Positions 9,694-20,472 are shown, counted from the first letter of the whole stretch. The stretch: 63,978 nt of DNA, filler included, from Candidatus Hydrogenedentota bacterium (GCA_040752395.1; 11 parts of 11 records of this genome joined end to end with filler, not necessarily neighbours in it), one strand, 5' to 3'. Numbers and translations are program-made. Notes: generated from the letters alone by a model not told the origin.

Positions 9694-11522
9694 AGAGTAT
9701 CATCTATTTAATCATAGTTATAAATCTAATTAATGCCATTAATTTTTACCTTTATTATAATATTTTAAAGAAAAATATTTTTGCAGGTCTGTTTGTATTT
9801 TATCTAATTATTTCTGTTGCTATAGCGTATCTATTAGGGAGCAAAAATATAAATGTTGAATTTATATTAATATCTTTTTTAGCTATTACTCTCTTTGATT
9901 ATTTTAAAAATGATATAAAAGAATTAAAAAAGAGTAAATTGGTTAAAACCGCTATAAGCATAATCGTTTTTTTTATTTTATTTTTTGTGGTTTCTTTTAA
10001 ATATGAAGACAGTACCACGTTTAATAATTTAGTCAGAGTAATAGCTTCGTTATTTGTGGGATGTTACTTTTTATATTACGTTGTGATTCTTCCGGAAAGA
10101 TTGATAAAGTTCTTACTCTTTGGAATCTACTTTTTTATTTTTGGTATCTTCAGAGTTAAATATTTCGCTTACTTCCTTTTAGCTATTTCAACGGCTAATT
10201 TAATAATATCAATGGTAGAGAATATAAATGTAATAAAAGAAGAGATACAAAAATTTAAGAGATTATTAAAAGAACGAATAGAATTAATACAGAATATTTC
10301 AAGTAAAGGTGCCCAGAGCGAAAATATAAAAGAGGTATCAGAATTATTACTTAAAGATTTGAAAGATAGATTCAGTCTTGAGGGATTGGTTTTGTATTTA
10401 AGAAATATGGATACATTGCAGGCAATCGCCGTAGTGGGTACATTTCCTCCCACCAAACCACACAAACAGGTTAGTGGATTACAGAATATTCAAAGAATTG
10501 TATTATCTGAAAAAATAACAAACGGACTTATTATGGAGTGTGTTAAAAATAAAGAAAAAAAAGAAATAATAAATCGCGAAGATTTTTTCGATCTTGGTAT
10601 AAAAGCAGCTTATTATCTGCCTGTAACATATAAAGAAAGAAGTGCAGGAGTCCTTGGTTTAAGTTGCAAAGAGACCGAAATACTTGATAAAAATATTGAG
10701 GAATTCTGGATAATCAGCAATCAGATAGGTATTTTACTAAGGTTTCACAGTTTATACGAAGAAATCGTTAAAAATGCTTTATTAAAAGAAGACGTGAGAC
10801 TCGGGGTAGAGATACAGAAAGCTTTACTCCCTGAAAAAGACCCTTCAATCGAAGGGCTCGAAATAAAGAGTTTTTATCAGGCTGCACGCGAACTTGGTGG
10901 AGATTATTATGATTATATCTTTACCGCTGATGGTAAGTTCGGTGCTTGCGTCGCTGATGTATCAGGTAAGGGTATCGGCGCATCTATGGTGATGGCTATT
11001 TATCGTGTTTTGCTGCGTGTGGCTTCACGGGAGATCAATACCCCAGCTGAAATATTCTTGAAAATATCGAAATTTTTACGCGGTGAGATACCACCTGATA
11101 TGTTTGTCACAGGGATATGCGCTGTTTATGATAATGTTAATAATAAATTAATAATATCAAATTCAGGCCATAATTATCCATTGATTTTTAAACAACAAAC
11201 CGGGGCTGTTACAGAACTGAAAATAAGAGGTGTGGCAATAGGGTCTGTATCCCAGGCTATTTTTGAACGACTTTTAAAAAATGAAGAAATAGATTTTGAA
11301 CAAGGAGATGTGATACTCTTATATTCTGATGGTTTGACTGAAGCTATGAACAGAGAGTGTAATGAATACGGCCTGGATAGAGTGGTAAGGATATTTAAAG
11401 CCTATGCTCGTGATAGTGTAGAGACATTAGTTAATAAATTGATTGAGGATGTTAATAAGTTTACAGGTGAAGCCATTCAGAATGATGACATAACTCTTAT
11501 CACTATTAAACATATCGCGTAA
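9690..11522 (+). CDS. Membrane-bound GAF + SpoIIE/PP2C phosphatase (RsbU-like)
   Basis: N-terminal TMs, GAF-like region, [21 protein letters not shown] and DDITL. Confidence 0.9.
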   Translation: MKSIIYLIIVINLINAINFYLYYNILKKNIFAGLFVFYLIISVAIAYLLGSKNINVEFILISFLAITLFDYFKNDIKELKKSKLVKTAISIIVFFILFFVVSFKYEDSTTFNNLVRVIASLFVGCYFLYYVVILPERLIKFLLFGIYFFIFGIFRVKYFAYFLLAISTANLIISMVENINVIKEEIQKFKRLLKERIELIQNISSKGAQSENIKEVSELLLKDLKDRFSLEGLVLYLRNMDTLQAIAVVGTFPPTKPHKQVSGLQNIQRIVLSEKITNGLIMECVKNKEKKEIINREDFFDLGIKAAYYLPVTYKERSAGVLGLSCKETEILDKNIEEFWIISNQIGILLRFHSLYEEIVKNALLKEDVRLGVEIQKALLPEKDPSIEGLEIKSFYQAARELGGDYYDYIFTADGKFGACVADVSGKGIGASMVMAIYRVLLRVASREINTPAEIFLKISKFLRGEIPPDMFVTGICAVYDNVNNKLIISNSGHNYPLIFKQQTGAVTELKIRGVAIGSVSQAIFERLLKNEEIDFEQGDVILLYSDGLTEAMNRECNEYGLDRVVRIFKAYARDSVETLVNKLIEDVNKFTGEAIQNDDITLITIKHIA

Positions 11523-11601
11523 GCCATCGATTATACGTAGAAACAAGAAGCAAGATTAAGGAAACCAAAACCGAAGACTGAACCATTACTACTGATGATA
11601 C

Positions 11602-11952
11602 TTAAAGCAAAGAGATCGCCTCTTCGCTGGTTTTATGAATAGGCAAGACCTGGTCAAAACCAAGCATACTTATGATATTTAATATCTTTGTAGGTAAACT
11701 GCAGATTTTTAATACACCCTTATTTTTTTCACTTAAGTTTAGCGCACCCATCAGAGTCCCTATACCAGTACTCGAAATATAAGAAACACCTGCCATATCT
11801 ACGATAATCTTTACTGATTCTTTTGAATATAATTTTTCAAATACAGCTTTTAATCGCGGTGAAGTATGACCATCTAAAAAGCCGGTAAGTTTTATATAAA
11901 CGGCATTTTCCTGGGCATCTAATACTTTGGCGTCAATGTTAAGTTCAGGCAT
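11602..11952 (-). CDS. STAS-domain anti-anti-sigma factor (RsbV/SpoIIAA-like)
   Basis: G.LD...VDMAGVSYISSTGIGTL phosphoserine motif. Confidence 0.9.
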   Translation of the reverse strand: MPELNIDAKVLDAQENAVYIKLTGFLDGHTSPRLKAVFEKLYSKESVKIIVDMAGVSYISSTGIGTLMGALNLSEKNKGVLKICSLPTKILNIISMLGFDQVLPIHKTSEEAISLL

Positions 11953-12373
11953 TAACAGTTTCCTTCGCGAATATTTTCTTTGAGAGCGTAAAAATATTTT
12001 TGTTTTCTTTTCTCTCTATATTTAATGTATCCATAAACTTTTTTACAATATAAAGCCCAAGCCCTCGCTCTCTCCTCTTTTTAATATAATCTGATATATC
12101 AATATTTTCAAGATGTTTTACTAAATCAAAAGGAGCTCCATCATCAATAATTTTGCATTCGAAAACATTATCTTTGTAGGTAAAAATATATTCTATAGGA
12201 AGCTTTCCATTTGAATATTCTATAATATTAACTATTATTTCATCAACGCTTATCTCAATTGTATCTATGATATCTTTACGAATATTACACTGGCTGCAGA
12301 AATATTTAGTGTTATTTCTGACATTGTTTAAAAAAACTTTATCTCGCGGTATAGATTCTTTGAAAGTAATCAT
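11945..12373 (-). CDS. Anti-sigma factor Ser/Thr kinase (RsbW-like)
   Basis: DEIIVNIIEYS, DDGAPFD and GLGLYIVKKFMD HATPase_c_2 motifs. Confidence 0.88.
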   Translation of the reverse strand: MITFKESIPRDKVFLNNVRNNTKYFCSQCNIRKDIIDTIEISVDEIIVNIIEYSNGKLPIEYIFTYKDNVFECKIIDDGAPFDLVKHLENIDISDYIKKRRERGLGLYIVKKFMDTLNIERKENKNIFTLSKKIFAKETVNA

Positions 12374-12382
12374 AAATAATTG

Positions 12383-12862
12383 CTATCCGAATATCTTTTT
12401 TCTCAATGCATCCATTAAAGGCTCTATCTCTTTCTCACGACCAAGCAGCTTTATAGACATAGCAGCATTCCATTTCATATCAAGACTCTCATTAGGATTT
12501 TTTAATACCTGTAATAGATACGGCATAGCACCCTCATTGCCTATCTGACCTAAAGAATAGATAATTTTTTCTTTAATATTTGGGTTTTTTGTTTGCTGAA
12601 AGATCGCAGATAATATATTAAAAGCGTCATAATACTTGAGCTCCCCAAGCGCCCAGACAAGAGAAGAAGCTATACCCTCTTCATTTCGCCTCAGACTCAA
12701 GGCCTCGGCTAATACAGACGCCATAACCTTCCTGTTACGCTTTGCAAAATCTTCAACCTCTGACTCTGTTAATTCATTATAACTTAATTCTCCTGTGAGA
12801 TACTTCCATTCCTTATCTGTTATTTCATAATCCTTTGAAGACTTTTGCTTTTCTTCATCCAT
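12383..12862 (-). CDS. HEAT-repeat protein
   Basis: Repeated ALGEL / SLGQIGNEGAMPYLLQVL helical repeats. Confidence 0.75.
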   Translation of the reverse strand: MDEEKQKSSKDYEITDKEWKYLTGELSYNELTESEVEDFAKRNRKVMASVLAEALSLRRNEEGIASSLVWALGELKYYDAFNILSAIFQQTKNPNIKEKIIYSLGQIGNEGAMPYLLQVLKNPNESLDMKWNAAMSIKLLGREKEIEPLMDALRKKIFG

Positions 12863-13080
12863 AAATTTAACTCATAATCCAATCAGTCTTAGGTAGAGCT
12901 GGTTAATCTTAGACCATTTACGTTTGAGGCACAAAGGCACAGAGTGACAAAAGCACAAAGCTCTCTTGCTTCTTGCCTCTTGCTTCTAACTATAACCGAT
13001 AGGTTACATTTAACCCTAAAATATATTTGACTAATTATAAATAATTAAATATTTATAAGCAAGAAATATTTTATTTATTA

Positions 13081-13246
13081 CTTTTAACTTTTTATAGGAG
13101 TCGTTATGAGCGCTTTTGCGCTCTACACTATTGGGTTCTTGGGTTCTTGCGTTCTTGCGTTATCTTTCTTTCCGTTATCTTGCTTCTTGCTTCTTGCTTC
13201 TTGTTTCTACTTGATATTATTAGAGTTACAACGTTTTTCAGAGGAG
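13081..13246 (+). repeat. Modular repeat copy supplying the SD of ORF 13254; a (GGCACAAA)/(CTTGCTT) fragment also lies at 12926-12988
   Basis: GAGCGC-TTTT-GCGCTC hairpin, (GGGTTCTT)n, (CTTGCTT)n, terminal module GAGGAG 7 nt before ATG. Confidence 0.9.
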
Positions 13247-13253
13247 ATGCTTT

Positions 13254-13565
13254 ATGATGAGAGAACAGGTTATTAATGCTGTCAGGAAAAATATGGAAAT
13301 TATCAAGGATATAAGAAGAGACCTAAGAACTGCACTTAAAGGATACGACAAGATTATTCTGGAATTAGAAGATGAGAGCCTTCTTGGCGAGTATGGTGTT
13401 TATGAACATAATATTGATTCAATGGAAAAGATAGTTTTTAATCTTCAAAAGAATATTAAAGAAAAATTTGAAAAATTAAGAAAAAGTATGAATAGTCTTA
13501 AAGATGTTTCAAAAAAAGCACAGGTTGAAGAAAGTATGAGGCCCAGAATACCGCATACACAGTAG
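13254..13565 (+). CDS. Hypothetical helical/coiled-coil protein
   Basis: 103-aa ORF with repeat-derived SD. Confidence 0.65.
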   Translation: MMREQVINAVRKNMEIIKDIRRDLRTALKGYDKIILELEDESLLGEYGVYEHNIDSMEKIVFNLQKNIKEKFEKLRKSMNSLKDVSKKAQVEESMRPRIPHTQ

Positions 13566-13654
13566 GCTCTTTGTCAACAAGGTTTCTGCAGTCAACAGGC
13601 ACAAAGAAGAAAAAACGTAGATGGTCGTTGAAATTGGATTGAGGCGCTGCTTCA

Positions 13655-13825
13655 TTAAACTGTAATATCAATCTTGTTTCCAATGTTTGGTGACTTGATG
13701 ATAATCTGAGAAAAATATGATGGATTGCCTGCAACATTAGTTAAGAGCGATTCTGAGCCGGTTTTAACAGTGAATGACGTAGTATTTTGTAGATTAATAC
13801 CATGGATCGCAGAAATAGCTGACAT
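13655..13825 (-). CDS. Small protein, possibly YjfB-like (putative motility protein)
   Basis: SD-like AAGGGGGTG before ATG 13825; 56 aa ending in GNKIDITV. Confidence 0.45.
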   Translation of the reverse strand: MSAISAIHGINLQNTTSFTVKTGSESLLTNVAGNPSYFSQIIIKSPNIGNKIDITV

Positions 13826-13842
13826 TTTATTCACCCCCTTTT

Positions 13843-13884
13843 TGAAAAATTGCAAATTGGAAATTGAAAATTGCAAATTTTTCA
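13843..13884. repeat. (AAATTG[C/G/A])n heptamer array forming an imperfect inverted repeat
   Basis: TGAAAAATTGCAAATTGGAAATTGAAAATTGCAAATTTTTCA directly upstream of the small-ORF SD. Confidence 0.75.
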
Positions 13885-13933
13885 TACGTTGCACAGGACG
13901 CAATGATTTCTATTTATATTATAAACATTTTGT

Positions 13934-14217
13934 ATGAAAAAAAAAATGGGAAAAAAGTACTATTTAAATGAGTACACCAATTGTAATATTATTAGTATAT
14001 TTTTAATCATTCTTTTAATCTTAGCTTCTTGTGGGGAAAATATTGAAACAACAAAAAACAATAGGATACCTCAAGATGAGATAATTATTGGTATGACACA
14101 AGAACCAGATAGTTTGGACCCTGTTTTTTCGCAGATGGCTGCTTCAAGTTTAATTCAGGGGGCACTGTTTGAGGCCGAAACCGAAAGAAATGAAAAATGG
14201 GATCGAGAACTGAGATT
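13934..14217 (+). CDS. Peptide ABC transporter substrate-binding lipoprotein (family 5), N-terminal fragment
   Basis: LASC lipobox, IIIGMTQEPDSLDP; truncated by gap. Confidence 0.8.
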
Positions 14218-14317
14218 NNNNNNNNNNNNNNNNNNNNNNNNNNNNNNNNNNNNNNNNNNNNTTAATTAATTAANNNNNNNNNNNNNNNNNNNNNNNNNNN
14301 NNNNNNNNNNNNNNNNN

Positions 14318-14739
14318 CCCTGCACCACTGAATCCGTATTCACTGATATCGGACCATTACCTCTATTGTAAAAACCTACTGTATACACTATCGTATCTCC
14401 TGGCTGACCATAACCTACGCCATCTGTGTCGTGGTTCGCCGTACCACCTGCTCCACCAGTATCAAGAAACGAGATGTCCCACGCTAACTGAACTGTGCAG
14501 GTACATCGGTCAGCTGCTGTGGTTCCTGTGTCTACATACTTGGTATCAGCTCCTGTCTTATTCGTATAAGATAGTGATAATTCACCAGGTGAATCTGCCT
14601 GGGTATCCTCTGCATCATCAGCATTTGTTATCACTGTACCAGAATCCGTACCAGCTGCGTGCACAGAGAGAGGAATAATCAAGGCGCCAAACCATATGAT
14701 TATCCATAACACTAATAAAATTTTCATAAAGTTACTCAT
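14318..14739 (-). CDS. Secreted DUF11-like protein, N-terminal fragment; paralog of 16807-17907
   Basis: Signal peptide, GTDSGTVITNA..., PGDTIVYTVGFYNRGN; truncated by gap. Confidence 0.75.
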
Positions 14740-14751
14740 AAACCTTTGTTC

Positions 14752-15018
14752 TCCTTAAAAAAGAAAAGTTAAAAGTTAAGAAAAACATTTCTTTGGGCTA
14801 CAGGCTTCAGGCTACAGGCTCCAGCCGGCTGTAGTCCATAGCCCGTAGTCTGTAGCCTGCTAAAAACTCTTGAGTCCTGTTTTAACTCACGACTCACGAC
14901 TCTTTTCATATCATCTACTTCTTGCTTCTTCCGTTGTCTTTCTTTTCCGTTCCTCAACCTCAACCTCAACCTTTACCTTTACTTTTTCTTTCTTTCCGTT
15001 ATCTTGCTTCTTGCTTCT
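14752..15018. repeat. Modular repeat copy with mixed module orientation
   Basis: (AAAAGTT)n, CAGCCGGCTG hairpin, (ACTCACG)n, (CTCAAC)n and (CTTGCTT)n. Confidence 0.85.
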
Positions 15019-16528
15019 AATACACTGGCATTACTTTCCATTCGTGCAAAATCACACATTTGTATTGTTTCCGTTTTCTGTAATACGGGTTACCTTGTTT
15101 CATATAAAACTTAAGATACCTCGCTATCCGTCTGTTAAGATCGATTGTGTGTATAATAATTGGATTACCTTTGATATATGTAAATACGCCGCTATCAGCA
15201 GTTAAATTATCATCTATAAGTTCCCAGTCTTTAGCATCTATACTGGTATAAAGTGCATACTTTTGTGGATAAGCTGTTTGTCGCCAGTAAAACTCGGTTC
15301 TCTGTAAAGGTCCTGGTTCTGATAAATCAAGTATTAAGTATTGGTCACCCTTATCAGGGTCTTTACTCGCGGTCATTCCGGTATAATAATCAAGTCTGCC
15401 GTCAGTTACTCGTTGTATTAAAGGCGGTGTATTGCTAATAAACGCAGGCTCAATATTTGTCCAGAAGGTGCCCTGTACAGTTCTATGTAAAGCGATATTA
15501 TATTCAGCTGATGTAAAGAATCCTTTGTTTGATTTTGCCGACCGACCATAAATATCTTCTACGTAGATACGATAATAATAAGTTTTTTCAGGCTCTAATC
15601 TATCAAGCACTACCTGATGCGAGGCTGCAGGAACAGTATCAAATGCCTGCATTGGGAGATAAAACATAGAGTCACCATACTGAACTTTAGTTATTGACAT
15701 TGTGTTAGTGGTCCAGTTAAGAAAAACGCGGTCAGAACGTATGTTTGACACAGAGATATTAAAGATTCTTAATGGTGGGATACCTGTTGTCTGGAATTGA
15801 TATAGTTCACTCTCCTCGAACCTGCCTGCTTCATCAACACCGCGAGCTACATAATAATATAGTGTTCCTGGCTCCAGGTTTTCTATAACAATTCGATGTA
15901 TGGTATCAATCGAGGCATCGACACTTGTTTTATCCAGTCGCTGACGTGTAATACCATAAGCGACATTACTACCACAAGCTTTATCTGTTATAAACTCAAT
16001 CTCAACTTTGGTATCTGCTAAAATATTTGATTTTACATCGAGTATATTAATCTCAGTTTGTTTTCCTTTTATGGCCTGAACTTCACGAAGAATAAGGCCT
16101 TTACCTGTGAGCCGAATAAGTTGTGCTATCTCGGATTCTAATCCTGCTTCTTTCAATTCAGGGAACTTTTGCTTGAGCGTAAAAAATTTCCAGGTCACAC
16201 CATCCTGTGATATGGAGACAGAGATTTCTTCTGGTTTATTTGGCGTGTAAACCTTTATTCTTTTTAAGGGGTATACCATGCCTAAATCGAGAATAATATT
16301 TACTTCATCATCGAGATATACTTCGGTCGCAGTATCTCCATCAACAATAACACTCCCTCGCTCAATACCTATGATTTTTTCAATTTTAAGGTTCTCTTGA
16401 GCTAATACCAGATCCGGAAAATACAGAACTAACAGCAGAATTAGAACTATAAGGATCCGGTTTTCAGTTAGAGAGACTCTATCCCACAGTTTCGCTTGTG
16501 TTTTATTCGTCATAATCTCAAACCTCAA
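15017..16528 (-). CDS. Secreted protein with discoidin (F5/8-type C)-like and FN3-like domains
   Basis: Signal-like hydrophobic stretch, ILDLG..SQDGVTW, two NLEPGTLYYY/RLEPEKTYYYRI FN3-like repeats, C-terminal LDL..SIDAKDW..ARYLKF; start uncertain. Confidence 0.72.
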   Translation of the reverse strand: MRFEIMTNKTQAKLWDRVSLTENRILIVLILLLVLYFPDLVLAQENLKIEKIIGIERGSVIVDGDTATEVYLDDEVNIILDLGMVYPLKRIKVYTPNKPEEISVSISQDGVTWKFFTLKQKFPELKEAGLESEIAQLIRLTGKGLILREVQAIKGKQTEINILDVKSNILADTKVEIEFITDKACGSNVAYGITRQRLDKTSVDASIDTIHRIVIENLEPGTLYYYVARGVDEAGRFEESELYQFQTTGIPPLRIFNISVSNIRSDRVFLNWTTNTMSITKVQYGDSMFYLPMQAFDTVPAASHQVVLDRLEPEKTYYYRIYVEDIYGRSAKSNKGFFTSAEYNIALHRTVQGTFWTNIEPAFISNTPPLIQRVTDGRLDYYTGMTASKDPDKGDQYLILDLSEPGPLQRTEFYWRQTAYPQKYALYTSIDAKDWELIDDNLTADSGVFTYIKGNPIIIHTIDLNRRIARYLKFYMKQGNPYYRKRKQYKCVILHEWKVMPVY

Positions 16529-16806
16529 CTTAGCGTAATGGCCGCTAAAAAATATTCATTTAGAGTGATTAATCTTTCCCTTTTTTTCATCATCCAGGCA
16601 CCCCTGCTATAGTCAAGGGTGCCCGGAGTGAAAATATGTCTTTTCAGGGATATGAGTTCTAATGTGGCAGTGCCACCAGCCAGGCTACTATATGAAAGCT
16701 TTTAACGTCATATAGTTGAGTTAAAATTCTACGCAAATTGCCTGGCTCTTACGATATAAGAACATCAGTAATCACCCTAAAGGATTACGAATAAAGCGAA
16801 ACTGTG

Positions 16807-17907
16807 TTAATTAATCTCTACTTTAAATCTAACTCTACCTGCGTCTAAATCAGCGCCATCATCTGTAGCGTTAGTTGTAGAATCGCCATCAGTCGGCGAG
16901 ACATCAGATAAACAAGTCCATCGTATCTTTGCTGCACTGGCACTCTCAGCATCAGCAAATGATGGGTCAGTAAGCTCATTTTCCCACGCTACTTCTATAT
17001 TACCGCTATGCGGGTCAGAATCCCAGCAGGAATTAACCTTATATGTTGTGTTCGTAGGTATAGCTTCATAAATCGTTACAAATTTTGCAGTATCTGCTCC
17101 GTCATTATCGTAGATAATCTCATACTGGATAGTATCCCCTGGTCTGTAGTTCCCAGCACTTGAGATCCGTTTTGCCATACGAACAACTGCATAAATTACA
17201 TAGGTTGTTACAGTGTCATACTGGGTATCATACGAGTCATTTGACCAGATAGGTACACCACCCTCCCAACCATCACCTGTGGTCGAGCCATAGCTTGTTT
17301 TTATTATCGCGTTATCAGTTACCTTGAAAACAGATACGCTACTATCACCATCACTTGCATAAGATGGGATGGCTACTGTTGCGAAAAAGGTTTCTGAATT
17401 ATCAGGTGCAAGTGGATAATTCTCGTAAACTCTGGTATCTGTTCCTGCATCATAAGCATTGTCCTCATCAGCATCGTGATACACATTGTATCTCGTATCA
17501 CCCCATGCAGTACCATAAGGAGTACCAGAAGCAGTATGACTGAAGGTTAAAAATACAGAGCCATTACCGAGGTTCCTGATATGATATTTATACACTTCAG
17601 TATCACCCGGGTTGCCTGTATCAGCAGTCATGAGTGAATTTGAATCTATTGGAGCTAAATCAAACGCGAGTATAACTGTACAGCACAATGTTGATGTAGA
17701 ATCAGTATATTGTGTATCACTACCTGAGCTATTAGCAGCACTCAAACTCATCTCGCCAGCTGCATCAGGTATCGAGTCACTGGCATCATTTGCGTTAACA
17801 ATAGTTGTACCTGAATCTGTACCATTCTCAGCTGCATAAGTTTGAGTAACTGGATATAGAACCAAACCTATGCTTAATACTATTAAAATCAAAAGTTGTT
17901 TACTCAT
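16807..17907 (-). CDS. Secreted DUF11 (conserved-repeat)-domain surface protein
   Basis: Signal peptide, PGDTEVYKYHIRNLGNG, RPGDTIQYEIIYDNDG...IYEAIPTNTTY, ends RVRFKVEIN. Confidence 0.78.
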   Translation of the reverse strand: MSKQLLILIVLSIGLVLYPVTQTYAAENGTDSGTTIVNANDASDSIPDAAGEMSLSAANSSGSDTQYTDSTSTLCCTVILAFDLAPIDSNSLMTADTGNPGDTEVYKYHIRNLGNGSVFLTFSHTASGTPYGTAWGDTRYNVYHDADEDNAYDAGTDTRVYENYPLAPDNSETFFATVAIPSYASDGDSSVSVFKVTDNAIIKTSYGSTTGDGWEGGVPIWSNDSYDTQYDTVTTYVIYAVVRMAKRISSAGNYRPGDTIQYEIIYDNDGADTAKFVTIYEAIPTNTTYKVNSCWDSDPHSGNIEVAWENELTDPSFADAESASAAKIRWTCLSDVSPTDGDSTTNATDDGADLDAGRVRFKVEIN

Positions 17908-18051
17908 TGTAATTTTTCCCCTGAAAAAGACATTGGTTCTGTCAAAGACAGAAGATATATTATAGAGAAGACAGGAGACAGAATACAGAATACAGGATTG
18001 GGCTCCTGGTCATTACTGTCTCCGGTCAACAATTAATGATAAATAATCAAT

Positions 18052-18120
18052 CACCTCCTTTTTGAAAAAGTTAAAAGTTAAAAGTTAAGAAAAACATCTC
18101 TTCTTGCTTCTTGCTTCTAA
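18052..18120. repeat. Short repeat copy: (AAAAGTT)n plus (CTTGCTT)n, shared with 14752-14790
   Basis: AAAAGTTAAAAGTTAAGAAAAACAT occurs at both sites; an (ACAGAAT/GACAGGA)n array also lies near 17968-17996. Confidence 0.75.
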
Positions 18121-18121
18121 C

Positions 18122-18906
18122 TCATTCTACCCTCACTTCCATCGTTAATGTTGCTACAACATTTGTTATATGTGGATATACATTACTCTCATACTTCCAG
18201 CGGACAATAGTTGCTGAGGAACTGTATGCTGATTGATAATCAGCACCGACTTTGTATTCAATAATAGTACCTGCTAGATCACTTGTAGCAGAATCTGATA
18301 GCGTAGTATTTTCTGGTCTATAATCATAAGCGATGAAGCCGTTGGCAGGCGCAAACCCAGTATTAAATACTCGTATAGTATATAAAATAGTATCACCTGG
18401 TCTTGTTGAGTCTATGTCCTTGGTTTTTGTAAGATACATATACGGTGCAGATAACTCTACACTCGAATCACTCTCATTATCATAAATATCAATCAGTGTT
18501 ATTTTGTAGAAATAGCTATCACCCTGTTGTACATAGCTATCTAAAAAGTCAGTATCGTTTTTAGCAGTGGTATCGTATAATACCCAGCTTACCCCATTGG
18601 TGCTTCGATAGATTCTATATTCTTTTGAATCAGACTCTGTACCCGGCTCCCAGTAGATATACACCCCTGTCTCTGGTGTGGTGAGATCAGCGATTGCATG
18701 TACGTTCTGCGGCGTATCAGGTGATACAATATCAACACTGAAATAATTCGTGGTATCTGTTCCTGTGTCGTCACCATCGTATACATAAACCCGTATCCGC
18801 ACCCTCGTATCATAAGTTATCCCATCTGCTGAGGCATCCCAGTAGTATGTATATGTCTCACCATCAATATCAGCATACCGCGAATCAGTAGTATCTGACC
18901 CTGTAC
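18122..18906 (-). CDS. Large FN3 + DUF11 surface protein, C-terminal fragment
   Basis: PDTPQNV..W..YRIYRS..YFYKIT FN3 motif, then RPGDTILYTIRVFNTG; frame extends toward the gap. Confidence 0.75.
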
Positions 18907-19006
18907 NNNNNNNNNNNNNNNNNNNNNNNNNNNNNNNNNNNNNNNNNNNNTTAATTAATTAANNNNNNNNNNNNNNNNNNNNNNNNNNNNNNNNNNNNNN
19001 NNNNNN

Positions 19007-19556
19007 CAACATAATGTTTCTTTTCCGGGGTAAAATATCATTTGTTATTACAAGCACTTTACCAGTTGAAGGTAAAACAACGATACTTGCGAACCTCGCT
19101 TTAACCTTTGCTGAAATAGAAAAAAGAACGCTTATTCTCTCCTGTAATTTAAGAAACCCACAACTCCATAAATATTTTCGTATTAATAATAATTCAGGGA
19201 TTACTGACTGGTTCGTGAGTAATGAACCGATTGAAAAATATATTCTTGATACCTATGAGTCCCATCTCAAGATAATTAATTCAGGCGAGATACAACATAA
19301 CCCATCAATTATTTTTACAAGTAGCAAGTTTAAAAAGCTATTGGCTACACTAAAGCGGAAGTTTGACGTTATTATTATCGATAGCCCTTCGGTAATATCT
19401 GTAAATGACACGGCTTTAATCCTGTCAATTATCAAAAATGTTGTTATGGTATCAAGACTCAGAAAAATAGATAGTGATACTTTATTAAAAGCAACGAAAA
19501 TTATTATAGAAAACTGTAAAGCCCAAATACTGGGATTGGTCTTAAACGATTATTGA
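19007..19556 (+). CDS. CpsD/CapB (Wzc-type) tyrosine-kinase domain, C-terminal fragment
   Basis: ITSTLPVEGKTT Walker A, IIIDSP Walker B; overlaps the sequence at 57193-57396. Confidence 0.85.
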
Positions 19557-19572
19557 TTTTGAAAACGAGAAT

Positions 19573-20472
19573 ATGTTAAAGATGTTCTTAGAAATAATAA
19601 AGTTTTTATCGGGTTTTGTTGCTATAGTTTTACCGCTCTCTCTTATACTTATTATTATTACTTTCAATAAATATACTCACCCACCTAAATATCCTCTTAT
19701 TACAAAACCATCAGATTATGGTATAGCTTATGAAGACGTAAGATTTTTAACCGAGGATGGTATGATGCTATCAGGATGGTTTATTAAAGGAGAGCGGGAT
19801 AAACCTGGTGTTATTGTAATCCATGGCTATGGAACAAACAGAAGTGATCTGATTGATATTATTTTTATGTTTTACAAACTGGGGTTTTCTGTGTTAAGTT
19901 TTGATTTTAGAGCACACGGTGAGAGTGGAGGTACAAGGACTGGTTTAGGATGGACTGAGAGAAAGGATGTCAGGAGCGCTTTATTATATTTGAAAAATTA
20001 TAAAATGAGCGAATACAATGGTATGGTCGGAGCGTATGGCACCTCTATGGGTGCCTCAGCTACAATTCTTGCAACAGATAAAGATTTGATTTTTGATTTT
20101 TATATAATTGATGGTGCGTATGCAAGATTACAGGAGAGTATTAAAAGACATTTAAAATTATTGATAAAGACAGACAATGTATTAATATATAAATTTCTTG
20201 ATTATATATATAAAAGGCAGAATGGTGTATCTTTTGAAGATGTTAACCCTTATCAATCGATGAAATATATTGATAAAAAGCCTGTTTTACTTATTTATGC
20301 TGAGGATGATTCTTTAGCCTGTGTAGCTGATGGTCTAATGTTTCAGGAATGGTATCCTAAAGCTGAATTAATTGTTATTAAAGGAGCTGAGCACGGTCAA
20401 TCGTTTCATCTGGGAAAAGATATTATCCAGGAGAAGATACTTAAAATCTCCGAAGGCTCAGGTACACCATAA
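19573..20472 (+). CDS. Alpha/beta hydrolase with N-terminal membrane anchor
   Basis: IHGYG, DFRAHGES, GTSMG nucleophile elbow and GAEHG. Confidence 0.88.
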   Translation: MLKMFLEIIKFLSGFVAIVLPLSLILIIITFNKYTHPPKYPLITKPSDYGIAYEDVRFLTEDGMMLSGWFIKGERDKPGVIVIHGYGTNRSDLIDIIFMFYKLGFSVLSFDFRAHGESGGTRTGLGWTERKDVRSALLYLKNYKMSEYNGMVGAYGTSMGASATILATDKDLIFDFYIIDGAYARLQESIKRHLKLLIKTDNVLIYKFLDYIYKRQNGVSFEDVNPYQSMKYIDKKPVLLIYAEDDSLACVADGLMFQEWYPKAELIVIKGAEHGQSFHLGKDIIQEKILKISEGSGTP

